Shown one piece after another: positions 49,739 through 63,370 of a stretch of DNA of 64,000 nucleotides. This DNA comes from Octopus vulgaris (Eukaryota): NCBI GenBank assembly GCA_951406725.2, contig OX597814.1, positions 95,728,001-95,792,000 on the forward strand, in the 5' to 3' direction. Positions within the stretch are counted from its first letter, which is position 1. The number at the start of each line of letters is the position of its first letter. The translations under genes and the position numbers were made by a program. The notes beneath the pieces are model-generated. The model ran no database searches, was not told where the DNA came from, and worked only from the letters and a program-made list of their open reading frames with translations.

Positions 49739-51719
49739 ATGAAATTGCAGGAACGTGTCAAGTTTGAGTGTATGTGAATGTTTGTTCATACTAGTCATAA
49801 GAAAAACTATTATTTATATTGTTTCTTTAGGAGGGGACTTTCTTCAGAACATGGAATAACAATGTTTTGCACCTTTGATAAACAGTCACTGATATTAAAT
49901 AATTCTCGAAGACTTGGATATTAAAGAAAATGTTTAATATCCAAATTGACAGTAAGAATTAAAGATATATTCTGCTGCATAGTGAGTGCCAAGTTATTTT
50001 AACTAGGATTTACAGTAGTTGCGCAAGTGTATTCTAGTACATCTTCATGTTGAGCAACGTCTTGTAAGAGGAATTTATTAGATGGAAACTGTGCAGAAAC
50101 CTGTCGTGTATGCGCGCGCGTGTGTATGTTTATGTTTACATCAGTCTAAAAAGAACAATCAATGTTATGTATCCTTTGTGTCCTTTAACAGACCGGTAAA
50201 AATAAGTACTAAAATGAAACAAATATTGGGATATATACAATCGATTAAAAACGTTTCAAGGTTGAGCCCTAGTTAGACGGTTCAAAGACTACAATCATTA
50301 AAAAAGTAAATAAAAACAAACGAATTATATTACTTGATCAATTAACAAACATTATTATGACAGCTCAGTTAAATTAAGCTTTATGATTGAGATCTTTACA
50401 AAACAAAACAAAAAATTAATATTTGTTTTATATTTGTAGTATTTCTCAATAAATGTTAGTGACAGTTCGTCAGAGAAGGTGCATGACCTTCAATCACCTA
50501 ATATCTTAGAGGGCCATGTTCAGAAGAAAGTTATCTGCCTATTAAACCTTCATTATCTGATATACTACCCTGCTATTTCTCTACATCTTAAATCATAACA
50601 GACTTCGTTTTTCAGAAATTGGCACATGTATACCATGTCGACCCAAAACTGACGCTTCCTTGTTAACAAAACAGTCAATTTACCCAAAGCTCGCACTAAA
50701 CATGTGTAATTTCTTTAATTCAATGACTGTCCCTCACCCCAATAAAACTCTCTACTCCAATATAATTCTTCATTAGACACCAAAAATTTCACCACATTAA
50801 TCACACGAAGCTTATCTACATTTATTTGATTCAAAAGATGCTTTAGATTTTATAGGAAAATGCGCCTCTACTTGGAACAGGTTTATAATCATAAATTTTC
50901 CTTATGCAATCTAATACAGAATACACAATTGCTTTTGCAAAATTGTCAGTCTTGTCCTAGCCTTCTTTGTTATGCTTCATCAACTTCTAAACTGTTTTCA
51001 CACCTTATCTAAGATATTATTTACAAAAAGAGGTTAACTGTTTTTTTTCCCATTTTACATTTCCTCTTTAAGGTCTATGAACTTTCAGAAGCCAAAGCAT
51101 CATACATTTAGTCAATACATATTGTAGCAGTTAATTTTTTTTTTTTTTTTGCGAGTGTGTTTGATGACAAGATATTCCATGAGTTAATAACTTTACTATG
51201 AATAGTAGGAAAAATATATTATCATAAAAACAGTGAAATCTATTAATTGGTAGTTAGATCAATACAGATTCAAAATATCAACTAAATCATTTCATGTAAT
51301 GCTAAACTAGAAATAAAAAATGAAGCACTACTGAATTTTACATTAAAAACGTAGAAAAAAAATTTTTTAATGGCATTAAATTAAACCAGTATAAACAAAA
51401 GGTGTGTAAGGCAAAGACTGTTGACATAAATGGCACTGTGGAAAATATTTTCAAGAATTATTTGAATACACGAACTCTGATTACTGAAAGCCAACGACTT
51501 TAGATCGATATTCTGCATTCATTCACATATTTACTCATCTCTCATCGAAGATGAAGTGGCTTCAGCAGAAACCATGAATTGAAGAAAACAATAAGATTGA
51601 TTTATATGTGGTAGAGTATATAGATGACTTAGATACATATACACAAGCGACGAATTCATTTATTTTATTGAATAGCTACATAATGCCAATCCTATTTGGA
51701 CGATAATGCATGTATGCAA

Positions 51720-51772
<53 letters not shown>

Positions 51773-52572
51773 ATAATAAAGTTGTGATGTCTTGTTTTTT
51801 TAAATTTATAAATTAGGAAAAAAATTAAAATCGTTTAAGTATATAAGAAAACCATGCTGTTAAAAGAAAACGTGTTTAGTGAAAAAATACACAAAATCTT
51901 TTGTTAATATATTCTATAATTTGAATTTTATTGAACCTTCGCTAGAAATAAATCAGCTATCATCATCAATAGGTATTCCAAAAATTTATTCCTTTTAACA
52001 AGCTATTTAAGAGTGTGAAAAATTACTCATTTACTTTAATTCGTTAAAAAGCGGTTTCCATTTCGTTCAAAAACGAGAAAATTGTAGAGGAAGTGGTGCA
52101 TAAAAAAGATAGCAGGCTGTAAAGAAGTGGGATATAAAGCAAAACGTGGACAACAGTATTGCAAATATAGAGGCAGAATAATGACTAGAAATAATTCTAA
52201 AACGAGTCTTCGCCGTAAGACAAAAACAGGCGAATGCAATTTGAAATTCTTAAAAGCGATATTAATTATTCCAATTTAGGCGCACGCAAATTAAAAGAGA
52301 AGGAAATGGACTTACATTTTAAAATAAAATAAATACATAAATAAAGCACTCCTCCCCTCTATACATTTATTAATTAATATTTAGAATAAATCGTTACTGA
52401 TTTAAACACACAACGTTAAATATTTCATTTGAATTTATACTTAAAAATCCCTTATTTTCTAAGTAAAATTAAAATAAAAGCAATATTAATTTCACAATTC
52501 CTTTTCGATAACACATAATTACCGCAAACTCGATTGTGTGTGTGTGTATATATATATATACACACACATATA

Positions 52573-52603
<31 letters not shown>

Positions 52604-53483
52604 TTGAGGTCACAGTACAAAAATATTCATATATAAAAATTTTGAATATTGGAAAATATTTAAATAATCGAATGAAATAAAATGAATCAGATAAAGAATT
52701 GTCCGAATTAACGCAAGGGATGAAATAATGACTGACTGCCGTGTGTTGCAGGAGCGGAACACACCAAGAAGCGTAGGGCCATTCGTCTAAACGTCGTTCG
52801 ATTAGTTTAGGCCAAAAGGGATGCAGTTAAAAATATCTACGTTCGAAAATTATCCAAATGGAAATTCTTACATATTTTATGGATTAAAACATTAAGCGAT
52901 TATATGTTAAAATTTTGTCTATTAGGTGTTTATACATCACACATTTAACATCTGCTTTAGAATTTTGTATGTGTGTAATATATATATATATATATATAGA
53001 TAGATAGATAGATGTATATATATATTAGCTATTATCTATTTAAAAGCTAATTTTATCTGAAAATGATTTATCGTAACCTTATGCATAACTTAAGACATTG
53101 TACAGATATATATGTATATCTATACTGCTCATATAAAAAGAGAAAGAAAAAGCAATTAAAATATTGGAGCCATATTTAGATAACGGATATAAAAATATTT
53201 CCGAAATATATACTTAAAAAAAATAAGACATTATAATTTATAAGATAATCAATTGTAAAAACAGATTAGGTTAAAGGAAATTATGAACGTGGGAGTCATT
53301 TTCCCCATTCAAGTGCAAGCACATGGCTTGTAGAGAATGTCATAACATCTAACGAAGAGATAATAAAAAAAATTATATTTAAGACAATTAGAATTTGATA
53401 TTAATGAAATTAAAAACAAAACAAGAAGGAATAATTATCAATAGAATATTAGTAATTTTAAGGGTGAATTTAAAGTCTCTTAC

Positions 53484-53570
53484 CTACCTTAGCAAGCACT
53501 GTTTACCAGGGGTGCACAGTCCTTCGCTGCCCAACTACAACAAAGACGGCCGATGACGTAAACTAGAATG
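53484..53570 (-). promoter_or_regulatory. Putative promoter and non-coding first exon of the TRBP-like gene
   Basis: GC/CpG-richer island in otherwise CpG-poor DNA; CRE-like TGACGTAA at 53554-53561; tandem donors AAG|GTAGGT (exon end 53488) and TAG|GTAAGA (53484); no ATG in the exon. The link to the gene is inferred from strand and position only. Confidence 0.5.
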
Positions 53571-54924
53571 ATTAGTTGCAAACTTCTATGAGACGATGAT
53601 TTTCGATTAAGTGTAATCCATTAAAAAACTAGAAACGTTACAAAATTATTTTTTACGCCCCAAAACCCAAAAGCAAATATATATTGAAATGATGTTTATT
53701 TTTTCATCATAACAATTAACTGTGAACGATATCATAGAACAGTTTTTGACGTTCATCGAGCGCAGGTGTCATCCTTTCTATTCTTTTATTCGCTAATTTC
53801 ATGTCAGGAAAGCAAAATCCATAATTTTGTTATTAATTAAGCATTATGATTGTTGTAATTATTTTTATTGAAAATCATGTAATCTTCTACGCTGGGTTTA
53901 AAAAATTTTTTTTGACCTTAATGGAAAGAAAAGAAAAATAAGAGTCAAATCTGCTTCATATGAATTATTTTTAAAAAAAGTTATAAATACAAAAAAATCA
54001 TTATATATTATATTAAATTCTTTAGAAATTTAAAACAAAAAAGGAGTGTATATAAATTATATATACTCTTAATTTTTATCTAGGTGTACGTACACAATCA
54101 TAATGTCCATTCAGATTATGCTGCGGGACATTCTCTTTATCAGCTGTCAATTGGAGATCACTGATTTTGGCAACGTCTGATAATATCACTCGACTAACGT
54201 CAGGTTGCATTTATACTACCAAAGAGTGAATAGGTGCAATACACACTTTTCCTTCTTTTATTCAGAATAATACCCTGCTAAATAACAATTAGCAATGTGC
54301 AGCAGTACTTTCATCTCTTCTATTAGGAAGATAACCTTTCATTGCTCTCAACTCAGGCATACCCTTCATTCGCTTTGACCAAATTCATGATGTAGTATTC
54401 TCTGCTTTCTTCAGCAGATGTCAAAGACCTGACATTTGCTTGAGTCCAGTGCCAACTTTTAGGACATTAGCCCTGTATAGAACCTTACATGACCTCATAC
54501 ACTATATTGCTTTTATTACATGGGACTGCCATATTAAGAAACCAATTTCCTTTTGTCAAATTTGACCATTCCATGTAATTACCTATTGCATACTGTTATG
54601 ACTCAGGGACATGTTTTTTTCAAGACTTCTTGTAGTTTCAAAATTTTTTGCTTAATTGAAATCCTATACACATTTTCCTAAATTAAGATATTCAAAGTTC
54701 ATCTAAATGCTAAATTTACATACATTCATTATGCCATGCTATTGGCTTAAAATACAAGAATAAATCTTAAGAATCCAGATGTTCTCTCAGGTGTGTTTGT
54801 ATGAGAGAATTTACATATTTTTAGTACATTTTCTGAAAATCTATTCTTTTTATAGTTCCCATAACTAATAATATGAAATACTTTTGATGAGTTAAATAGC
54901 AGATAAATACACACACATATTTTC

Positions 54925-55295
54925 TTTCATTACTTGTTTCAGTTATTTGGCTGCAGCCATTCTGGGGCACCACCTTGAAGGGTTTTTATCAAACAAGTCA
55001 AACCCAGGACTTATTTTATCAGTTTCTTTTGCCAAATTACTAAGTTATGGGGGACGTGGACACACCAACATTGGTTGTCAAGCGGTAATGGGGGACAAAC
55101 ATGGACACAAAGATACACAATACATACATACATATATATATATATACAATAGGTTTCTTTCAGTTTATATCTACCAAATCCACTCAAGGCTATGGTCGAC
55201 CTGAGGCTGTAGTAGAAGACACTTGCCAATGTACCATGCAGTAGGATCGAATTTGGAGCCATGTGGTTGGGAAGTAAATTTCTTACCACACATCC
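54925..55295 (-). mobile_element. SINE family A (inverted)
   Basis: Full reverse-complement copy. Confidence 0.85.
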
Positions 55296-56199
55296 ATGAT
55301 GTATATATTTTTATTAATATATAGCTGAAGCAATAGAGTGACTCAAAGGCTGGGAGTTTCATGCATTGGCACTTATACCTATATCTATGTATGTATGTGT
55401 GTGTATATATCCCCCCTTCCCCCTCCCTCCCTGGCACCTGTGCCGTGGCACATATAAAGCACCCACTATACTCATGGAGTGGTTGGCATTATGAAGGGCG
55501 TCCAGCTGTAGAAACACTGCCAAATCAGACTGGAGCCTGGTGCAGCTTCCTGGCTTCCCAGACCCCAGTCGAACTGTCCAACCCTAGCTAGCATGGAAAA
55601 CGGACATTAAACGATGATGATTATGATATATATATATATACCCATGGGCAGCCTTCAACATTTTCTATCCCAGGAATTTTTAGCCCAATATCCTATAGCT
55701 TTATCTACTTTGAGTTTCACCATTAAAACTAACTATTATAGATAGATACAGATACAGTTGCATAAATTTATTAAAAACTTCCTTACAAGTTGAGTCAAGT
55801 GTTAGACCTAAAAAATAAAAGGTGTAACACATAGACCAATACATTAGGAAAAATGCTTAATTAATTTATACCTACTCTTGTTCACTTTTAACTGTGAATT
55901 GAGGATTTCTATGATAATTTTTTATCTGGCTTATATATGTATGCATGTATATACATATATGAATACCAAATTCCAACTTTCCTATCATAATAGATACTAC
56001 TGGATCACCCAGTAGAAGGAGTTTAACATGAATACTATTAAGAGCTGCAACCAAAATGGTAACTCTCTTGTGCACCTAGCACACATCCATCCACTTATCT
56101 GTATATGTATCTGTATATATATATATATAGATATAGATATATATATTTATCATTATCTCCAGTCAGTGATTGCGACTATGTTCATGATTTTGGCTTGAC

Positions 56200-57070
56200 T
56201 AGATAAGCTTTTTCCATATTGGTTGCTTTTTCACTTGGGTTTGCCATTTATTATGATCAATTCCTTTTCATTTCATGCTTCTTTTTGCAGTATCTTTGAA
56301 TCTCAGTCTAGGTCTTTCCTGGTTTCTTTTCCCCTTGTATCATTGGGAGTAAAGGATTTTTTTGAGGAGTCTATTATAATCCATCCTGTATATATGGCCC
56401 AACCAACGTAAATTTCTATCAATGAAGATTTCCATCATAGGAGGAAGACAGCATGCCATAGGATCTCTTCATTTCTGATCTTGTCAAAGAGAGTAATATT
56501 CTTGATTCATCATAGCTGTCTCATCATCTATGCATATACTTGTCTACTTGAGCTTTATAGACTGTTCAGGTTTCATCTCCATACAGTTGGGAAGAAAGCA
56601 CTACAGCTTGGTACACCTTACATTTGACACACATAGAAACATGCCTATTTTTCCACAGTCCCTTCTGCAGCCTGCCAAATAAAGCACTAGCTCTGCTCAT
56701 TCTCTCTGTGATCTCCTGGTCCACTCGATGATGCTGCCTAGGTCTGTGGTTTTCAACCAGGGTTCCGCCAGTACAGTCCAGGGGTTCCGCAAGAAGTTAC
56801 AAAACTGCTAAAATCGGCAGTAATTTTTTATTCTGTGCAGATATGTGTGCATAAGACTATTAAATTATTGCACAGGGGTTCCTCGAGCCAGTGGAATGTT
56901 TCCTTGGGGTTCCGCTCCAGCAAAAAGTTTGAAAAGGACTGGCCTAGGTATTTGAATGTTTTGTACAGGGCCAGCCTTTCATGTCCAATAGTGATGTTTT
57001 CTTCTGCAAGAGAAGAATTCACAGGTTGGTGAAGGCATTCTGGTTTTCTGATGTTAATCTTTAAGCATTA
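56200..57070 (-). mobile_element. Degenerate RTE (BovB-like) LINE fragment interrupted by a hAT MITE
   Basis: ITIGHERL..YKTFKYLG|S, ASALFGRLQKGLWKNR, KCKVYQAVVL, LRWLGHIYRMD, RPRLRFKD. Confidence 0.8.
56744..56941 (+). mobile_element. hAT (Charlie/Buster-type) MITE, 198 bp
   Basis: TIRs CTGTGGTTTTCAAC / TTTGAAAAGGACTG; perfect 8-bp TSD GCCTAGGT at 56736-56743 and 56942-56949; internal GGGGTTCCGC repeats. Confidence 0.92.
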
Positions 57071-57603
57071 TGAACATTGTGGGTGTAGGCATTACTGATG
57101 CTGCAGATATAAATGTGAAAACAAAAAATGAAGAGAGAGAGGGTAAGTGGGCTGCTATCTGGTTTAGTTAGTCCATAGATGGGGAGGAGAGAAAGGAAAG
57201 GATGGCAAGATTACCAATATAAGAGGAGAGAGCGGAAGGGCAACTGGGTGTCTGGTAAGAGAAAGAGATTTCTGGTATTGGTAGTAGGGATGGGAAAGGG
57301 TGGGCACAATCATGGATACAAAAACGTCATTTTAAGGGGCAGAGCAGACAAGTAAGAATTATTTTAGAGAAAAGTATGAAATATGTATATACATGCAGCC
57401 AAGAAACAAGGTTAGTCATTTTAGGGGCAGAACAAACAAGAAAGAATTATTTTAGAGAAAAGAAGAGTTTGAGACTATATATATATAAGTGGTGGAAGCA
57501 GTATTAATTCAAAATATCATTCTGTGGATATACTGTAAAAAGCCATATAACAGCAGGATTCATCTTGAGAAAGCATCTTGTATATACATATATGTGAATG
57601 TAT

Positions 57604-57653
<50 letters not shown>

Positions 57654-57661
57654 TTCTACTC

Positions 57662-57862
57662 TAGGCATAAGGCCCGAAATTTTTGGGGAAGGCGGCCAGT
57701 CGATTAGTTTGACTCCAGTATGCAACTGGTACTTAATTTATCAACTCTGAAAGGATGAAAAGCAAAGTTGACCTCAGCGAAATTTGAACTCAGAATGTAA
57801 AGACATGAAATATCACTAAGCATTTTGCCCTATGTGCTAACGTTTCTGCCAGCTTGCCACCT
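57662..57862 (-). mobile_element. SINE family B (inverted)
   Basis: Reverse complement of the head and core at 36851-37010. Confidence 0.8.
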
Positions 57863-58261
57863 TCATATACACATATTTAATAAGTAGTAAAAGAGATTGA
57901 AATGTCCATAAAGATATCTATAAAGCACTCAGTGTTAAATAAATTTGGTTAACTATATCCAGCAATCAGACACCAATAATGCAAGTAGAATAAATATCCA
58001 TGGTAATTCCTCATAGGAGAATTTCAAGAAATTCAGAATATAAGACAACAAAAATAAGAATGGAGAAAATCACATCTTTAATTGGTGATTACAACATACA
58101 ATACTGATGATCATTTCTGTTATGCTAATATATTTAAATACAGAAAATATCAGTCAAATAAATATATCTGAAAATAAATGCCAATACAATGTTATCAAGG
58201 CAATCCTTCAAAGCGGACTAAGAAAATATCCTTGAGGAAATGTGTAATTTCTTCTACAATA

Positions 58262-58644
58262 GGTGTAGGAGTGGCTGTGTGGTAAGTAGCTTGATTACGA
58301 ACCACATGGTTCCACATTCAGTCCCACTGCTTGCCACCTTGGGCAAGTGTCTTGTACTATAGCCTCGGGCTGACCAAAGCCTTGTGAGTGGATTTGGTAG
58401 ACAGAAACTGTCAGAAGCCTGTTGTATATATGTGTATATATATATGTGTGTGTGTGTGTCTGTGTTTGTCCCCCCCCAACATCGCTTGACAACCGGTGCT
58501 GGTGTGTTTAACTTAGCAGTTCGGCAAAAGAGACCAATAGAATAAGTACTAGGCTTACAAAGAATAAGTCCTGGGGTTGATTTGCTCGACTAAAGGCGGT
58601 GCTCCAGCATGGCCACAGTCAAATGACTGAAACAAGTAAAAGAG
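58262..58644 (+). mobile_element. SINE family A, full length
   Basis: Closely similar to 29424-29874. Confidence 0.9.
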
Positions 58645-59199
58645 TAATAGTATTATTGAATTACAAAGGCAATTTTATATTGAAATGTTCTCACAAATAT
58701 AGAAAAGCATTTAAATATTTCAATTTTAAATAACCCATTATAATTAGTTCTGATATAATATAATATGCATAATTTTTCTAAAAATGTTTAGCATATCTAA
58801 TTGATGTAGAACTTCTATGTTTCAAATAGTCATAATGTAGAATTCATTTTTTATTCTTTCAGTCAAATGACAGAAACAAGTAAAAGAGGAAAAGAGTATC
58901 TAAAGACTTAATCAAAAGTTAAATTCTGAATTGGCTTTTCTCAGAATATTATATTTCATAATGTTCTTTTTGTATGCATTCATCTACTAGAGATACTTTC
59001 TTAGTTAGCTTTGAATTTAACCAATTTTGGATTGCCTTGATAACATTATGTTAGCATAATTTTCAGATATATCAATTTGACTGAGATTTTCTGTATCTAA
59101 ATATGCTGACACAACAAAAATGATCATCAGCACTGTATGGTGTAATTACCAATTAAAGATGTAATTTTCTGCATTCTTATTTTTGTTATCTATGTGTAA

Positions 59200-59263
<64 letters not shown>

Positions 59264-59525
59264 TGAGCACTATGAAGTGTATTCTATACAGAGAATACCG
59301 GTCTCTACTCTATAAACTATATACCTTTTGCTCGGCCAACCACTACATATAGACAACACTGATGGATGAGCAATTCTTGTTCATGTCTACAAAAAATATC
59401 CCGATCCCACCAAGGGATATATATATATATATATATAAATATATATATATGTATACATTTGTACATTTTTGTATTAAATGTATTAAATATTTGTGTATGT
59501 GTATGTATATATATATATGTGTATA

Positions 59526-59567
<42 letters not shown>

Positions 59568-60549
59568 TTAGGGAATAAATCCAAACTTACAGGGAAAAAA
59601 GAGATTTAGGATTAAATCCAATTTTATAGTATAAATATATTATATTATATTATATTAAATTAGAGATAAAACCACTATTAGGCAAATCAAACAGTGAAAA
59701 ACATAACCCAATACATAAAATTAATTTAAAAATATAAAAGTTAAAAATAAAAAATTATTTAAATAATTTAAACTTATAAATTTTATATATATATACAAAT
59801 ATATATATATATGTATGTATATTTTATATTTTTATATTTTTATATTATTTTATTTATTAATTAGTTAATTAATTTATTTATTTATTTAAAAAATTTTTTT
59901 TATATATATATATATATCAAAAGTATTAAAAGTTTAATAAAAGATAAAGAGTATATATATATATAACAAAGTGAAGTTATAAGATACCGCATGAGTGGAA
60001 ATATATATGAAAGAAGGTTTGAAAATGCAATTTTAAAAGATGTTTATTCACTTGACCGGTTTCACTCTTTTAGAAAAAGATTGTCAAAAGTAAATTGTAA
60101 AGCTTTGTTGTGTTAAGTACTGGTTGTCACAAAATATTACAATACATATATACATTCTTTGATAAAAATAAGAAAATGTTAAAACAGTTTACAAGGAAAA
60201 ATCTTGAGAAAATATTAAAGAGTTCATTAAAAATATTAGGATTTCATTAAAAATCATGTTTGTTTGGAAATATCTATATATATACACAGAAAATTATAAG
60301 TTCAAAAAGGTCATATTTTGGTGGTATATATATACACAGAAGGAGATATATTTAGGAGTTTACAAAGAATTTGAGATGAACTGACCTGTTTTACCATTTT
60401 TTTCGTTTTCAGTCAGAAATGTATTTTACTTTAGAGGTTAATGCTGCCAATTAAAATACATGTGCTGATTATGTTTCGTTTGAGTTTTATTATCAATTGA
60501 TTAGTTAATTAATTGATTCATTGGTTTGTAATTACTCTGCTACAATTTG

Positions 60550-60960
60550 AACAGGAGAAACAGTTCATAGCATATGTGAAAGAATGGAAGCGTATATTTG
60601 CATGGTACAATGAAAAAAAACCAGCATTAGTACTCTACAACATATCAATGATAAGCATGGTAGCTCGGTAGACAACATTGAGATAAAAATCCTTTCTACT
60701 AATCCACAGAACCTAACATTTAGGAAGCAACATAAATATGACCTCAGCTATCTGTGACGCATTTAGATTTTTAAAATTTTACTGTGTATCTACCTACACC
60801 CACCACCACATGCACTGGGCATGCCCAATAATGGGCTGATTTAGTCACCAACCACACAGTCATATACAAGTAGTACTGGACCATATGGTTAAGAATAGAG
60901 TATTGATGATGTCCACTAATACTCTATTCTCACACATTTCATACTAAATTCCAAACATGG
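60550..60960 (+). mobile_element. Degenerate Penelope-like GIY-YIG fragment
   Basis: TGETVHSICERM...STLQHINDKH...IEIKILS resembles the YIGET..S..ER...H...H...IL pattern; hairpin GAATAGAGTATT/AATACTCTATTC at ~60892-60929. Confidence 0.5.
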
Positions 60961-61149
60961 AAGCAAAACCTAGAATTGAAAAGCTTCAATGAGTTTATCA
61001 AACACAAAAGCTTTGATATTAAAAAGAAATGTTTGAAAAGTACTGATTTATGATGATTTACATAAGACACGAACTACAATCTATTTGTAAATGCCATATA
61101 AATGATTAACACAAATAGAAATCATTAATATTACATAATTCATCGGACA

Positions 61150-62800
61150 AATAAAAATTGATAGTTTCTGTTTTGAAGTTTATTGTGCTACATAGTTGGT
61201 TGTCATTATTCATGTTTTTTAAAAAATTTTTGTGATTTAGCTTATCAGGAATAGTTTTTGAAAGAGATTATAAGTGTATATGAGTCTTGTGAATGTTGAT
61301 TGTATAATGTGTACATAGATATATGGCTTTGTCAGAGTTACTTGGTAACTAGAGCCAAGAAAAATTTAGAGTACATTATTATAAAATTTGATTTGTGCAA
61401 GTGTGAACATGTCTATAAAAACTTTAAAAGTCAAGTATTATGATAAAGCAAATCAGTATGTCCTGAGGTACATCTTTCATTTAAAACTAGTCTTTGAGCT
61501 CTACTTTGTATAGGCTCAGCCTAGTAGGATGATGCTCCAATCTCCACAAAATAATATTTAGATGACAACTAATGAGATTCTGGTAAATTTAGTAGCATAT
61601 GTATTGGAAAACCTTTTTTTGTATGATATTCAATATGAATGGTAATTATTTACTTGCAAGTTAGATCAATATGCAGTTTCTATTCACAATTCTTAGCAAC
61701 AATAATTCCTGTGAATTTAAAATGGTCAACATATTCTGTTCCATTTCCATAAAATTCAAGCTGAAGGATTGAGTCATCGGAAATGTGCTTTTAATGATGA
61801 TGAAAGAGTATGCATTTAGCTTTTTTTTCTTAGATGTAGCAATAGAGATTATGTTTAGTTAGTCGATTGATATGTTTTAAATGCTCATTATTTAAACCAT
61901 TTGTGTTTGCTCTAATCAGATCTAACAGTGCAGAAGAGTAAATCCGTGATATGATATCTGCATATAGAATAAAATCAAATAATCTTGAATTCACAGAGAT
62001 GTCAATCATATAGTTATCAATAAAAAAGGGTTCTAGAATAAAGCCTTGAAGGACACCAAGTGGGGCAAGGTAGATGAGATAACATTGTAAGGTAATTGTG
62101 GAACAGTTGATATCTTTGATTTCTAATTCTATAATAATATAATGTAGAGAGTAAAACATCGTGATCCCAGAGTTTCAAAAGTTTTTCAAATGTCCCTGAA
62201 TATTCCAAGTGGTGTTTTAATCTTTTTCATTCATTTCTGATAAATATTTTCACAATCAGTTCTATAGGTGCATACTGTGCAGAATGATTTCTATGCAAAT
62301 TATATTGATTTTTGAAACGAATATAATTTTTATTCAGAAAGGGGTGAAGTTGCAAAAAGATAGTTTTTGCAAATACTTTAGGTATATTGGGAAGCAGAGA
62401 AATTGGTTGATCAAAAATAGTTTGTTTTGTTATCTTTTTATAACATATAAATAATTTTTGTGGTTTTTAATGGGTGAGGGAAAACTCAGATTTGGAAGGA
62501 TTAACAACTAAGTAAAAAAAGAAATTGTGCTAGTATACTTTTAAGAACTGGAGAAGACAATCTGCTGTTATAACTAGAGCACTACATTAGTGCTAAATCA
62601 TTCATTATGTTTTTGCTTTTTTAGTTTTCTCTACAGATATAGGCTTAAAAATTGATGTTGTAGTGGCAGAATGCACTTTGTCTAAAAGTTACCAATAGCT
62701 TTTAGAGAAAAATTTGAGTGTGTTTGCAAAAATATATCCTATACTATAGAAATATTTTTATTAAAATTTTCAGTTTTGTTTGAAACTTTGAAGTCTTTAT
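61150..62800 (-). mobile_element. Highly degenerate L2/Crack-group LINE RT
   Basis: QPISLLPNIPKVFAK, GVLQGFILEP (GVPQGS-like), ILYADI (YADD-like), DHFKFTGIIV. Confidence 0.78.
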
Positions 62801-63015
62801 CATCACAAATAAAGCAAATAATCAAGGCATACATTTAGTTTCATTTTCTTATTTAGAGTTTCATTGATATATGCAGGCATGGCCTTGTGGTAAGATATTT
62901 GCTTCTCAGCCACATGGTTTCAAATGTTTTCTATTATAGTGTCGGGCTGACCAAAGCCTTGTAAGTGGATCTGGCAGATGGAAAGTGAAAGAGTTTGTGT
63001 ATGTATATATACATA

Positions 63016-63305
63016 CGAGGTGGTATCAAAATGATCCTGGACTAGTTACGTTTAATAAAAAAACTTATTTACCTAAGTTTTAACATCATCTCCTTCGAAA
63101 TAGTCACCTTGTGCAGCAATACACTGGTCCCAGCGTTCCAACCACTTTTGGAATCCAGCCTGGAAGTCGTTTTCTGTGAGTCGAGGATCTTCTGCAATTT
63201 GGTCTGGACCTCGACAACAGTGTTAAAATGGTGACAGCTGAGTTGCATTTTCATCTTGGAGAAGAGATGGATGTCTGCAAGTGCTAAATCTTGTGAATAG
63301 ATGGG
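63016..63305 (-). mobile_element. mariner 3' fragment with TIR
   Basis: YSQDLALADIHLFSKMK...FQKWLERWDQCIAAQGDYFEGD; TA|CGAGGTGGTATCAAAA terminus. Confidence 0.85.
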
Positions 63306-63370
63306 TACATAAATGTTGTAGGGAATTAGTAATAATGGTACACTCCTCCCACGTGACAAGCAGTATGAGA

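Noticed and set aside
51531-51575. Alternative coding first exon MVSAEATSSSMRDE (minus strand)
   Set aside because: Weak donor, and its phase is incompatible with the downstream ATG exons.
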